Origin: Archangiaceae bacterium
GTDB taxonomy: Bacteria > Myxococcota > Myxococcia > Myxococcales > Myxococcaceae
Direction: 5' to 3'
DNA: 31,798 nucleotides
Assembly: GCA_043750125.1 (NCBI GenBank)
Contig: JAYVCD010000384.1
Location: 1-31,798, forward strand
The notes beneath the pieces are model-generated. The model worked only from the letters and a program-made list of their open reading frames with translations, was not told where the DNA came from and made no database searches. Within the stretch, counting starts at the first letter, position 1. Each line of letters opens with the position of its first letter. Positions 1-7,266 of the stretch are shown here, piece by piece. The position numbers and the translations under genes were made by a program.

Positions 1-243
1 GTCGGCGATCACCCGCTTGGCCGCCAGGTGTTCCTCGACCGCCTCTTTCAGCTCGTCCTTGATTTCCCCGATGTAGACAGCCGGATAAAACAGTTTCTCT
101 TCAATCGTGGCGTGCGCAGCCAGGTTGTCCGCAATCACATTGAAGGTCGCCTGCTTGGCATGTACGTCCTTCGCCTTCTCGTACTTGCTGAACAAAGATT
201 CGACTTCGTCATGCTGACTCTTGAGCAGGGTGATGGCATCCAT
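1..243 (-). CDS. Hemerythrin/HHE cation-binding domain protein (3' end runs off the window)
   Basis: Not in the ORF track. Manual translation from ATG at 243 gives MDAITLLKSQHDEVESLFSKYEKAKDVHAKQATFNVIADNLAAHATIEEKLFYPAV...EAVEEHLAAKRVIAD, with hemerythrin-type H, HxxxEE..FYP and EEH motifs. GAGGA RBS upstream. Confidence 0.88.
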   Translation of the reverse strand, partial: MDAITLLKSQHDEVESLFSKYEKAKDVHAKQATFNVIADNLAAHATIEEKLFYPAVYIGEIKDELKEAVEEHLAAKRVIAD

Positions 244-281
244 GGGTGTTCCTCGCGGTTGTGGCGTTCGGACCCGGTGGC

Positions 282-297
282 TGCAATCGATGAACCA
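282..297 (-). promoter_or_regulatory. Putative sigma54 (-24/-12) promoter of the hemerythrin gene
   Basis: Minus strand reads TGGTTCA-TCGA-TTGCA, with exact GG-N10-GC spacing about 40 nt upstream of the ATG. Confidence 0.55.
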
Positions 298-329
298 CGA
301 CCCGTCCCTCGGGCCGCACGCGGGGCGGC

Positions 330-512
330 GTGACACTTCGCCCCTTTGGGTCAAGCAGAGACAATGCAATTCTGGCGTTCTCGGTGATCGGCGGCTGGGT
401 CTTCAGCTACTTCGGCAACCATGGGGTCACCGGCCTCAATCTCTACAGCTTCGGAGTGGCGCTGGTCGGCTCGTGCATCTTGTTGTTCATCGCCAAGCTC
501 GCCCTTCGCTAG
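330..512 (+). pseudogene. 5'-truncated GlsB/YeaQ/YmgE (transglycosylase-associated) stress membrane protein remnant
   Basis: VIGGWVFSYFGNHGVTGLNLYSFGVALVGSCILL resembles the C-terminal half of the family. The first TM helix (GLIAGWLA-type) and a clear RBS are missing. Confidence 0.6.
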
Positions 513-1357
513 CGTTTGGGCCCGAACAGATCCAACTGAGGAATCGGGGTGGGCTCTGGCGCCGCAACAGCAGCAGCCGACGCCACCACCGCCGTCGAAT
601 CGAACAGCGGCCCGTCGAAGCGCGCGGTCACCGGGCCGTGATCGCTGGTGCCGAAATCGCGGTCCACCGTGCAGCTGCGCGCCTGACCTTCCAGCGCCTG
701 GCTGGCGAGCACGTAGTCCAACCGCCAGCCGATGTTTCGTTCGCGGTTGTTTCGCCAGGGCGCCCACCAGGTGAACAGCCGATCATCTTCGGGGGCGAAG
801 CTGCGCAGCAGGTCCACCAACCCGTGCCCGATGATCTTCTCCAGCAGCGCGCGTTCCCCCTCTGTCTGGCCGATTTGCTCGGGCTGCACCAGGTCGGGGT
901 GAACGTCTGTGACCGTTCGCGCGACGTTGAGATCTCCACACAAGATGAGCTTCCGCCCGGCCCGCAGCGAGGTGCCCACGAACGCCTCGAAGGCTTCGAG
1001 GAACCTGAGTTTGGCCGGAAAATCTTTGCCGCCGTTCGGCACGTAGATCGACGCGACGATCAGGTCCGCCAGCTCGACCGCCACGATTCGGTTCTCGTGG
1101 TCGAACGGGGGATGAAAGAAGCGGGGCGGAACGGTGCAAAGGGCTTTGCTCACCAGCAGCGCCACTCCCGAGTAGCCCTTGTTCCCGTGCCAGAACGCCC
1201 AATAGCCCTCGAGCCCCGACAAGCTCACCGGCACCTGGTGCAGCGACGCCTTGATTTCCTGCAGGCATAGAACGTCGGGTTGCTCGAGGCGCACCCAGTC
1301 GAAGACCTGGCCCTCGCGGGCGCGGATTCCGTTGACGTTCCAGGTGGTGATCTTCAT
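509..1357 (-). CDS. xth: Exodeoxyribonuclease III (AP endonuclease) with C-terminal QLDLF tail
   Basis: MKITTWNVNGIRAR, LCLQEIK, YSGVA, SIYVPNG, GDLNVA, FTWW, GWRLDY and SDHGPV motifs. Start reset to ATG 1357; the upstream extension in the ORF track overlaps the next gene. Confidence 0.95.
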   Translation of the reverse strand: MKITTWNVNGIRAREGQVFDWVRLEQPDVLCLQEIKASLHQVPVSLSGLEGYWAFWHGNKGYSGVALLVSKALCTVPPRFFHPPFDHENRIVAVELADLIVASIYVPNGGKDFPAKLRFLEAFEAFVGTSLRAGRKLILCGDLNVARTVTDVHPDLVQPEQIGQTEGERALLEKIIGHGLVDLLRSFAPEDDRLFTWWAPWRNNRERNIGWRLDYVLASQALEGQARSCTVDRDFGTSDHGPVTARFDGPLFDSTAVVASAAAVAAPEPTPIPQLDLFGPKR

Positions 1358-1371
1358 CGCAGCCAACGCGC

Positions 1372-2520
1372 TCACTGCCCGTACATCAGCTCCCACGCGG
1401 CGCGGTACGCGTAGCCTCCATCGGAAAGTTTGGGAGAATTGCCCCCCAGCTGCAGCGAGCCGTGAGGGTCCGCGGTGGGGGCCGAGGTGTAGAGCCGGTG
1501 CGAGCCGCCCCACGGAGTACCCGCGTCGTCGATCGACCGCGGAACGCCCGGCACCATCATCGTCGCGAAGGCTGTGAGGTGACCTGGATGCTGGGGATCC
1601 CCGGTGTGGGTGAAGCCCCAGAACCTTTCGATCGGCGTGACCGGCGGCAGCGCGAGCCACGGCTGATTGGCGTCGAGCGGACCCGAGAGCATCACCGCCC
1701 GCGAGACGGGCCGATAGAAGGCCACCAGCCCGGCGCTGCTGCCGCCATGGGAAATTCCCGAGATCACGATCGCGTTCCACCGCGGCTTGCCGTTCTCGAT
1801 GAACCACTGCCAGTCGCCCTTGGGGTTGAGCGTCTGCAGCCGCTGGAGCATTCGCACCACGCGGGTCTCGATGCTGTCGGGCGGGCCGACTTGAATCACG
1901 CTCGAATGGTCGATGCCGTCAAACGCCTCGCGACGGCAGCCTCCGATGTCGTTGCCGCAGATGGCGATTCCGTAGCCTGCGACGTAGCAAGGGCTGATCA
2001 CGTGAAAGCCGCGCGATGCGAGGAAGGCGTTGTGCCCGGTGCCGCCACAGGTGGTCGGGACGCCCGCTCCGTGCAGATAGACGACCAGCTTTCCGATCGG
2101 CGCGACCCGGGTGTCGAGCGCGGCCAACTGACTGCCCAGCGCCTGGGTTGCAGCGGGGTCGGCCTGGGCGGCGGTGAAGCTGAATTGGTACAGCTGCGGG
2201 TTCGAGCGGTCGACGTTGGGCAGCCCGGCGTCTGAAGAGCCGGCATCGGTCTTCCCTGCGTCAGCATCCCCGCCCGCGTCGCCTGGGCCCGCGTCGACCT
2301 CGCCGGCGTCTGGTGTTCCTGCATCGTCCCCGGCGTCGAAGGTGCCCGAGTCCATCCACCCTGCGTCCTGCGTTCCCGCATCCGGAACGCCGGCGTCCAT
2401 CGACGGGCCGGCATCGAGGGGAACCGCGGCGTCGGGCTCGTCGAGGCCTGTTCCCGAGCAGCCTGCGAGCAGCACGGAAAGGAACAGGGCGCTCAAACTG
2501 CGTTGAGTGACAAACGGCAT
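1372..2520 (-). CDS. Lipoprotein with DAG-repeat linker and alpha/beta-hydrolase-like (BPSS1187-like) domain
   Basis: Lipobox LLAGC, about 12 DAG repeats, VVYLHG and a GISHGG nucleophile elbow, C-terminal DPHGS. Confidence 0.75.
   Translation of the reverse strand: MPFVTQRSLSALFLSVLLAGCSGTGLDEPDAAVPLDAGPSMDAGVPDAGTQDAGWMDSGTFDAGDDAGTPDAGEVDAGPGDAGGDADAGKTDAGSSDAGLPNVDRSNPQLYQFSFTAAQADPAATQALGSQLAALDTRVAPIGKLVVYLHGAGVPTTCGGTGHNAFLASRGFHVISPCYVAGYGIAICGNDIGGCRREAFDGIDHSSVIQVGPPDSIETRVVRMLQRLQTLNPKGDWQWFIENGKPRWNAIVISGISHGGSSAGLVAFYRPVSRAVMLSGPLDANQPWLALPPVTPIERFWGFTHTGDPQHPGHLTAFATMMVPGVPRSIDDAGTPWGGSHRLYTSAPTADPHGSLQLGGNSPKLSDGGYAYRAAWELMYGQ
2222..2435 (-). repeat. Coding low-complexity (x)xDAG repeat linker
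   Basis: LDAG-MDAG-PDAG-QDAG-MDSG-FDAG-DDAG-PDAG-VDAG-GDAG-ADAG-TDAG-SDAG follows the lipobox; typical of myxobacterial lipoproteins. Confidence 0.8.
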
Positions 2521-2612
2521 GCTTTTCTACTCCCGCTTTCCTGCTCTGTACTCGGCCACTGGTTGAGCTACATATTGCCGCGAAACGGCCTTCCAGTGTC
2601 GCCCAGGATTGT

Positions 2613-2628
2613 TGGCGGTCCATTCGCA
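2613..2628 (+). promoter_or_regulatory. Possible sigma54 promoter of the ferredoxin-diiron gene
   Basis: TGGCGGT-CCAT-TCGCA, GG-N10-GC spacing, about 30 nt before the GTG at 2657. Imperfect match to consensus. Confidence 0.35.
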
Positions 2629-2656
2629 AACGGCCGTACTCGATTCGAGGTGTCCT

Positions 2657-3712
2657 GTGTCTCATTCCCCCGCGGCTTACGCCATTGATGCCCGTGCCTG
2701 TGTTCGCTGCGCCGCTTGCGCCACCGTGGCCCCCGCGCACTTCAGCATCGGAGCCGGACCCGCCAGAATGCTGCGCGCTCCCGTCGACGCTCGCGAGAGG
2801 TCCGCCTGCGAATCGGCGACGATCATCTGTCCTACTCAGGCAATCAAAACCCAGCCGGCCGTGCACCCCGACCCGCTGGCTCCCCCTGAGATTTTCAACG
2901 AGCTCTACCCCCGCGTCTCGGGCATCGCCGAAGGAGTTCGTTGGAAGCTCACCGACGTCCCGTGGGACAGCTTCGACCTGGCCCGAGCCACCGCGCCGCT
3001 GAAGGCGATGGTCCGCGAGATGGCCTATTCGGAATACACGACCTTTTCAGCCACCCAGCGCTTCATGGAAACGTTCTCGACCGACACCGACTTCTCGCAA
3101 TGGATCTCGGTCTGGTTCTACGAAGAGACCCGGCACCCGATGGTCTTGTTGAAGTGGCTCGAGCTGGCCGGGGAAACGCAGGAGCCCGGCTTCGCGCTCA
3201 AAGGCCGGGTCTCGGTTCCGTTCATGAAGTCGATCACCGGCACCCTGGTCACCAACGTCATCTCAGAGATGGTCGCCGCCGAGGCTTACGTCGGCTTCGT
3301 TCGCGTCACCGAGCCGGTGCTCGCCTTGCTGGCCCAGCGCATCGGTGCTGACGAAGCCCGCCACGGAGCCAGCTTCTTCACCTACGCGCGCCGGGCGATC
3401 GCACGCTCGGCCGAGCCCGATCGGGAAAGGCTGGCCGCGATGAAGGTGCTCCACTTCTGGATTCACGCGGCCCAGACGGTGAGTCACCCGGTGAACGAAG
3501 CGGTCGAGCGGATGAGGGCCTTGCTGCCTGCCGCCGGCGAGCCCCCGTTCGTCCCTCCCTTCGACCGGATCGTAAAGATGGTGGGCAACCTGGTGGGCCT
3601 GCCGATGGAAACCCCGGCCGATCTTCCCGCCCAGCTGGAAGTGATGATGCGGCGGGTGCACGCGACGGGCGCCCGGTCGATCAACGCCAAGGTCCAGACC
3701 GCGGTGTCCTGA
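2657..3712 (+). CDS. Ferredoxin fused to ferritin-like diiron domain (acyl-ACP desaturase-like)
   Basis: N-terminal CVRCAAC...ICPTQAI single-cluster ferredoxin, then E..., WFYEETRH, ISE and IGADEARH diiron ligand pattern. GTG start at 2657 with GAGG RBS. Confidence 0.8.
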   Translation: MSHSPAAYAIDARACVRCAACATVAPAHFSIGAGPARMLRAPVDARERSACESATIICPTQAIKTQPAVHPDPLAPPEIFNELYPRVSGIAEGVRWKLTDVPWDSFDLARATAPLKAMVREMAYSEYTTFSATQRFMETFSTDTDFSQWISVWFYEETRHPMVLLKWLELAGETQEPGFALKGRVSVPFMKSITGTLVTNVISEMVAAEAYVGFVRVTEPVLALLAQRIGADEARHGASFFTYARRAIARSAEPDRERLAAMKVLHFWIHAAQTVSHPVNEAVERMRALLPAAGEPPFVPPFDRIVKMVGNLVGLPMETPADLPAQLEVMMRRVHATGARSINAKVQTAVS

Positions 3713-3812
3713 AGGCGGGCCGGGTGAGGCAAAACAGCTCACCTGCGAAAATTTGGCGAGCAAACACGCAAACCCGCCGCGGTCACTTCCGCCTGCTCCC
3801 TCGTACAGAGGC

Positions 3813-3828
3813 CGGCACGGTTACTGCT
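3813..3828 (+). promoter_or_regulatory. Putative sigma54 promoter of the USP gene
   Basis: CGGCACG-GTTA-CTGCT, about 30 nt upstream of the AAGGAG RBS/ATG. Confidence 0.6.
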
Positions 3829-3856
3829 CACTGCCTTGGGTAAGGAGCTGAGCCGT

Positions 3857-4726
3857 ATGACCATCGTCTGCGCGACCCACTTCACCGATTCCTCGTTGGC
3901 TGCGATCAAGGTGGCCGCCCAACTGGCGCGGACCCATCGCGAGCGGCTGTGCGTGCTCAACGTGGTCCCCCCCGCCCAGAGCTCTTCCGGTTCGGAAAAA
4001 GACGTTGAAATCAGCGCGGTCAACGGCACCATTTCCCAGCTGGCCTCGGAAGGAATTGTCATCAACACCACCACCGTCTGCGGCCCGCTCGCGAGCGCCG
4101 TTCGCCAGGCGTGCGCTGTCAACCGGGCGAGCCTGCTGGTGGTGGGCGATTCTCACCAGACTCTGGGCCCGCTGATTGTGGGCCCGCTCGACCGTTTCGC
4201 CGACAGCATCGGAGTGCCCTCGCTGATCGTTCGCGACGCGACGCCCTTCGCCGCCTGGTCGGCCGGAACGGGCCCGCTGAAAGTGATGCTCGCGATGGAC
4301 GGCACCTGGAAGTCGGCCGCAGCACGAGAGTGGATCATTCGTCTTTCCGCCTTTGGCCCGATCGACCTCGTGGCCTCCTACCTGTGGTGGCCGAAAGACG
4401 AACGCCAACCCCGCGCCTGGGCCCTGGTGGCTCAGCGGCTCGAGGCCGAAGCGGCCTTTGCCGGGCTGCCTTCGAACGTGAAGGCCCGAATTCGCCTCGA
4501 AGTGGGCTGCCCCAAGATTGGCCCCCAGTTGCTGGCGCTGGCGAAGGCCAACCACGCCGACGTCTTCGTCCTCGGGACTCACCCTCACCGCGGGCCGGTG
4601 GGTCAACAGTGGTCGGTGTCTCACGAGGTGCTCGCCCTGGCTCCGATGTCCGTCGCCTGCATTCCGGATCCCGTGGTGCGTTCGACTCGGACCCCCAGCC
4701 AGCACGGGTTTCGCGCGGCGTCCTGA
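3857..4726 (+). CDS. Universal stress protein (tandem USP domains)
   Basis: MTIVCATHFTDSS, LLVVG, second domain KVMLAMD...ADVFVLGTH...SVSHEVL...VACIP. AAGGAG RBS. Confidence 0.88.
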   Translation: MTIVCATHFTDSSLAAIKVAAQLARTHRERLCVLNVVPPAQSSSGSEKDVEISAVNGTISQLASEGIVINTTTVCGPLASAVRQACAVNRASLLVVGDSHQTLGPLIVGPLDRFADSIGVPSLIVRDATPFAAWSAGTGPLKVMLAMDGTWKSAAAREWIIRLSAFGPIDLVASYLWWPKDERQPRAWALVAQRLEAEAAFAGLPSNVKARIRLEVGCPKIGPQLLALAKANHADVFVLGTHPHRGPVGQQWSVSHEVLALAPMSVACIPDPVVRSTRTPSQHGFRAAS

Positions 4727-4750
4727 ATCGCCCCGGTTGAGGCGGTTTTG
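4727..4750 (+). terminator. Weak possible intrinsic terminator after the USP gene
   Basis: ATCGCC/GGCGGT stem with one G-U pair, followed by a short T run. Confidence 0.3.
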
Positions 4751-4827
4751 TACTGCTCCCTTTCCAATTCGCCACACCCCAGCGCCAATTCCGGGCCGAA
4801 GCGCGCCTGAAAGTCACGGTTCGATGA

Positions 4828-4843
4828 CGGCCTGAGAGTTGCT
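4828..4843 (+). promoter_or_regulatory. Putative sigma54 promoter of the six-gene envelope operon
   Basis: CGGCCTG-AGAG-TTGCT. Upstream direct repeat CCAATTC at 4764 and 4785 (21-bp spacing) could be an activator site. Confidence 0.55.
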
Positions 4844-4894
4844 GTGCGCAAGTCCAACGATTTACCCCACGCAAGCGGAGCCTCGGCAGGTCCC

Positions 4895-6046
4895 ATGACC
4901 CAACCCATCGTTGCGAGCGAACCGGCCTCTTCCGCTCCAGTCCCGAAGAGGGCCATGCAAGTCGCGAAGATGCTCGCGTACTTCGCGATGTTGGTGCTCG
5001 GGGTGCGCCTGCTCGAAGAGATCCTCCGGGAAATCTCGAAGACCCAATACGCCGACGAGCTCAGCCGGGTCAGTGGAATGGCCGCGTCGCTGCTCGACGT
5101 GAACAAGAACCTCGACGACCTGATCGTCACCTTCTTTGCGCTGACGATCACCTTCTTGCTGATCCTCCCCATCTCCTGGGTTCACACCATCACCAAGGGC
5201 GACGAGAGCGATCCTTCGCTGACGCAGACGTTGATCGTGCTGAGCGTCATCGTCGCCGGGGTGATGCTGCTGCTGGACGACAACCTGGCCAGGTCGTTCA
5301 GTCTCGTCGGCGTCGTGGCGGCAGTGCGGTACCGCAACACCCTCAAAGATCCGAAGGACGCGGTCTACGTGTTTCTCTCGCTGGGCATCGGGATGGCCTG
5401 TGGGCTCCAGAGCTACCACGTCGCTCTTTTCCTCAGCCTGTTCGAGTGCGCGATCTTGCTGATGCTGTGGCTCTACCAGGCGGGCGCTCCCGCTCCGGGC
5501 GAAGCAAACCTGCTGCAGACGCTCAAGGACAGCGAGAACAAGGGCCAGCGAACTCCGGCCCAGGCGCTGGCGTGGCTGACGCCCGAGGCCCGCGAGCGTC
5601 TCGAGGCCGACCTCGAAACGCAGAGCCGGTACATCACCATGGCGAGCATGTTCACCAACAAGAAGGGCAAGTCGCCCAACGCGGTGATCACCGTTCGGAC
5701 CTCGGGCTCAGGCTCGGCCCGGAACAGCGTCAACGCCCAGATGGAAGACCACCGCGGAAAGTGGCGACTGCTCGGCACCGAAGAAAAAGATGGAGTGACC
5801 ACCCTCGAATATCTCGGACGGCTGTCCCGCAAACGATCGCCGCCGATGAACTTCCTCGAACGGCTTCGGGTGGCCGACCCCGGCGTCCACCATGTCGCGT
5901 TCCGTTCGCTGCGAAAAATGGTGGCGGACAAAGCGACCGCCGGTGAGCCCAGGGCGTCGGGCCCCAACGCAGCGGCCGCTCTCAATGGAGTGAGTTCCAA
6001 GGTTCACAGCGGCAAGGAAATGAAAGCTCGGGAGAGGAAAGAATGA
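4895..6046 (+). CDS. DUF4956 domain membrane protein
   Basis: Several TM segments and the signature NLARSFSLVGVVAAVRYRNTLKDPKDAVYVFLSLGIGMACG, followed by a soluble C-terminal domain. ATG 4895 preferred; start uncertain. Confidence 0.85.
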   Translation: MTQPIVASEPASSAPVPKRAMQVAKMLAYFAMLVLGVRLLEEILREISKTQYADELSRVSGMAASLLDVNKNLDDLIVTFFALTITFLLILPISWVHTITKGDESDPSLTQTLIVLSVIVAGVMLLLDDNLARSFSLVGVVAAVRYRNTLKDPKDAVYVFLSLGIGMACGLQSYHVALFLSLFECAILLMLWLYQAGAPAPGEANLLQTLKDSENKGQRTPAQALAWLTPEARERLEADLETQSRYITMASMFTNKKGKSPNAVITVRTSGSGSARNSVNAQMEDHRGKWRLLGTEEKDGVTTLEYLGRLSRKRSPPMNFLERLRVADPGVHHVAFRSLRKMVADKATAGEPRASGPNAAAALNGVSSKVHSGKEMKARERKE

Positions 6047-6570
6047 GCCTGCGAACGGTGATGCAGCGTCTGACTGAGCGTCCTCCGCGGAACGTCGGGG
6101 GAGGAGATCTGGTGACGCGCTTCCTCGCGATTGCCGGACTGGCGCTGATGGCAGGGATGGTGGCTCCCCAGGCGAAGATTTCGTTTCCGCTGGTGAAGAT
6201 CACTTTGCTCACGGCCGCAGAGCTGGGCCTGATGAGCTTGATGCTCGGGCTGTTCTTGAGAACGAAGACCTACTTCGTCGGCCTTCAGCTCTTCTGCGCT
6301 TCGTTGGCGATGCTGTATTTGGCGAATCGAAATTTTCCATTGGCCGCCGTCACGGTTGGGCTGCTGTTCGTCGCAGTGGGAATGCTGAGCGTGGTGACCC
6401 GCCGCAGTCGGTTGAATGCCGTCCTCGAGATCAATTCTCTGCGGGTGCCCCTGGAAGAAGCCGATGACGCGGCCGCCGCTCAGGAATTGCTGGACGTGGA
6501 ATCCGGGGGGAAGAAGACGCCTCCCCATGGTCCGCCGCTCAAAGCCGCGGCCCAGGGTGGCGCGCGATGA
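6043..6570 (+). CDS. Small multi-TM membrane protein, YgaP/DUF2892-like ends
   Basis: ATGA overlaps with both neighbours; about 4 hydrophobic segments; RNVGGGDLVTR and LNAVLEINS echo the DUF2892 NVGxxDRxxR and LYALLGINT motifs. Confidence 0.65.
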   Translation: MSLRTVMQRLTERPPRNVGGGDLVTRFLAIAGLALMAGMVAPQAKISFPLVKITLLTAAELGLMSLMLGLFLRTKTYFVGLQLFCASLAMLYLANRNFPLAAVTVGLLFVAVGMLSVVTRRSRLNAVLEINSLRVPLEEADDAAAAQELLDVESGGKKTPPHGPPLKAAAQGGAR

Positions 6571-7250
6571 CCGCCCTCAATCATTCGACCAACAGCGCGC
6601 TGGCCACCGAAGCCGTGGCCGCGCTAGGGCTGGGCCCGTCTGAATCCGAATCGAAGAAAGAAAGGAAGAAGAGAAAGAAGAAAGAGAAACACGAGCATCG
6701 CCTCGAGGCGGCACAGCCCGGCATCGACGCAGCAGCCGAGCCCGCACCCGAACCTCAGCAGGCGCCCCCCCAGATGCGGCTGCAGACCTGGCTCAAGGCG
6801 GTGTCGCAGGGGCTCGAGTCTGATCGGGTCGTCACCGCCCAGAAGTCGAATTTCCTGATCGCGATCAACTGCCTCATGTTGTCGATCGCCGCCCATTCGA
6901 TCTACCGCGACTTCGAGTTCAGCCCGCTGCAGTGGGCGTTGCTTCCCCTCGCGCTGACCAACGTCCTGTCTTTGGCGTTTGCAGTCTTCGCCGCGCAGTT
7001 CCGCCTTCAGCCCACCGCGCTCGAAGAGCTCTGGGCGATGCCCTCGGACGAGTACGAGCCCGCGGTCGCAGCGCGGCTGCAGGACAAGCAGCGCGTCTAC
7101 GCAGATCTCAACACCGACCTTCGCGTTCTCGGCGCTGACCTGAGCAAGCGGCATAGGCACCTGCGCACCGGGTACAACGTGCTGCTGGGCGGGGTCGCGC
7201 TGTCGACCTGCTTGTTCGTGGTCTGCATCGCGGCAGGGACGAGGGGCTGA
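6567..7250 (+). CDS. Pycsar-effector-like (PycTM/DUF5706) membrane protein with Lys-rich N-terminus
   Basis: KSNFLIAINCLMLS TM1, TNVLSLAFAVFAA TM2, DEYE...VYADLNTDLRVLGADLSKRHRHLRTGYNVLLGG TM3 follow the DUF5706 pattern (KANI...N, LG..L.KKY..LR..YN.F). Confidence 0.7.
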   Translation: MTALNHSTNSALATEAVAALGLGPSESESKKERKKRKKKEKHEHRLEAAQPGIDAAAEPAPEPQQAPPQMRLQTWLKAVSQGLESDRVVTAQKSNFLIAINCLMLSIAAHSIYRDFEFSPLQWALLPLALTNVLSLAFAVFAAQFRLQPTALEELWAMPSDEYEPAVAARLQDKQRVYADLNTDLRVLGADLSKRHRHLRTGYNVLLGGVALSTCLFVVCIAAGTRG

Positions 7251-7266
7251 AAAATTGTCCCAGTCA

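Noticed and set aside
28-333. 101-aa plus-strand ORF
   Set aside because: Antisense shadow of the hemerythrin gene.
1358-1807. N-terminal extension of xth in the ORF track
   Set aside because: It overlaps the upstream gene in another frame; the family N-terminus MKITTWNVN begins at 1357.
6567-7250. Complete Pycsar anti-phage system
   Set aside because: No pyrimidine cyclase or other defence gene in the window; the gene is embedded in an envelope operon.
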